Shown here one piece after another: positions 63,001-64,000 of a stretch of 64,000 nucleotides of DNA. Position 1 is the stretch's first letter, and each line of letters opens with the position of its first letter. Source of the DNA: Chlorokybus atmophyticus (lineage: Eukaryota; Plantae; Mesostigma and Chlorokybus algae); contig RHPI01003488.1 in the NCBI GenBank assembly GCA_009103225.1, positions 369,788-433,787 on the forward strand, read 5' to 3'. Under the pieces are notes generated by a model. It was not told the DNA's origin and searched no databases. It was given only the letters and a program-made list of their open reading frames with translations. Made by a program: the position numbers and the translations under genes.

Positions 63001-63450
63001 CCTCGGGAGAAATTCAGCAGCATTGGGGCGCTTACAGATACGATTCACCATGCCTGCGGCGGTTGTGCGTGTGCATGTGGGTATTCCTTGTGTCAAATGT
63101 GCAATGCGCATTGCCTATGATTAAAGGCATATGTCAAGTGGATGTCGTGGTGGATGCGAGGATGCTGATTATGGAACTTGACGATTACGAACACATGCTC
63201 GCAAGTCCAACAATGCGCGTATGCTTGTACGTGCAAGTAGTAAGTATATGTGCGCATATATGAGTGTGAGCGTGCACAATGGTGATGAAGAATAAGTGAA
63301 GCAAACAACACCGCACAAATGCGTTTGTGAAGATGATACATCTTGCATGCACGCAAATGACATGCAAACATAGTTATATGGGCCATAAGATTGTTAACTC
63401 AAGCGCACAAAGTTTGCGTGCATAGTTTGGCGTAAACACATGTGGCGCTC
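60090..63450 (-). repeat. Duplicated zf-AP2 unit C (inverted relative to A and B)
   Basis: Reverse complement aligns by eye with the upstream flank, exons, introns and downstream flank of units A and B. Confidence 0.8.
60524..62473 (-). pseudogene. Zinc-finger/AP2/coiled-coil gene, copy C (nonsense/frameshift lesions)
   Basis: FHCRTCNVNILSSRKIACHITG; SKYFGDFMTASNCAPRWRVLLRVRKRSVYEGTY|GNEKEAALAYDRVVTMRGL. In-frame TAA near 61089 and CGA-to-TGA at 60554. Confidence 0.75.
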
Positions 63451-63957
63451 GCATGCACACATGCGAGCACAAACCGATGCGCATGCGAGCGCACACATAC
63501 ATGCACATTCCACTTAGTCATTGCAGCGCATGTGTGCGCCGTGGTTTTACGTAAACCTTTATATTAATGTGCGCGTGAGCAAGCCCAGACTTGATGAAAT
63601 GAGCTTGCGTTATCCTAAATGACCCTTGTCAAGCGATATCCTGTATAACCTTATGCAATTCGAGCAGGGAAAACATTACAATTGTGATCGTAAGTGTGCC
63701 CCAGGGTAGCATATTGACCTGCCGTAAGAGGGTTCATTACTTCTTTACCAAGTATGCACAATAAACGCCATCAACTTCTGGATTGTAAGTATATCGGATA
63801 AGTTATCATGGATGACGGTGATTGAGTTTATCAAAACCAACACAATGTTAACTACCGTACTCATGCGAAAACAACCCCCTTTTAGAAACAAAAAACCCCT
63901 CCCCCTCCCCCGGCCCCCGTAAAATTAATGGGGGGTGTTGCCTCTCCCCCCCCCCTC

Positions 63958-64000
63958 TGCCAATTTTCGCACTTGTACATTACCCGCCACAACTTTCAAA
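63958..64000 (+). repeat. 43 bp identical to 57000-57042 inside the pogo element; runs off the window edge
   Basis: TGCCAATTTTCGCACTTGTACATTACCCGCCACAACTTTCAAA occurs at both sites. Confidence 0.85.

Overview
Intron-rich eukaryotic genomic DNA, most consistent with a green alga (short GT-AG introns, CA/TG-rich intronic sequence, plant-type gene content; the exact lineage cannot be fixed from sequence alone). Host genes assembled by eye from spliced exons: two tandem M18 aspartyl aminopeptidases (one with a transit-peptide exon), an LpxA with an in-frame N-terminal DUF3395-like domain, a GT29 sialyltransferase-like gene with an EGF-like module, a signal-anchored ADP-ribosylglycohydrolase, a LETM1-like protein, TMEM184, NUDT1/MTH1, a stand-alone I9 protease-inhibitor protein and one unidentified gene. 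The accessory fraction holds a complete 4.8 kb intron-containing pogo/Fot1-type DDE transposon (TIRs, TA TSD). Nested in it is a 540 bp miniature LTR element (TRIM) whose 5' LTR plus PBS junction forms a tRNA-type Pol III promoter with canonical A/B-box spacing; this is the most striking finding. Also present are three dispersed copies of a zinc-finger/AP2/coiled-coil gene unit and an AT-richer, stop-riddled island with weak resemblance to polinton-like-virus ATPase and capsid genes, near a perfect 46 bp palindrome. All family assignments are from motif recognition, not database searches. No rRNA, bona fide tRNA gene or CRISPR array was seen.
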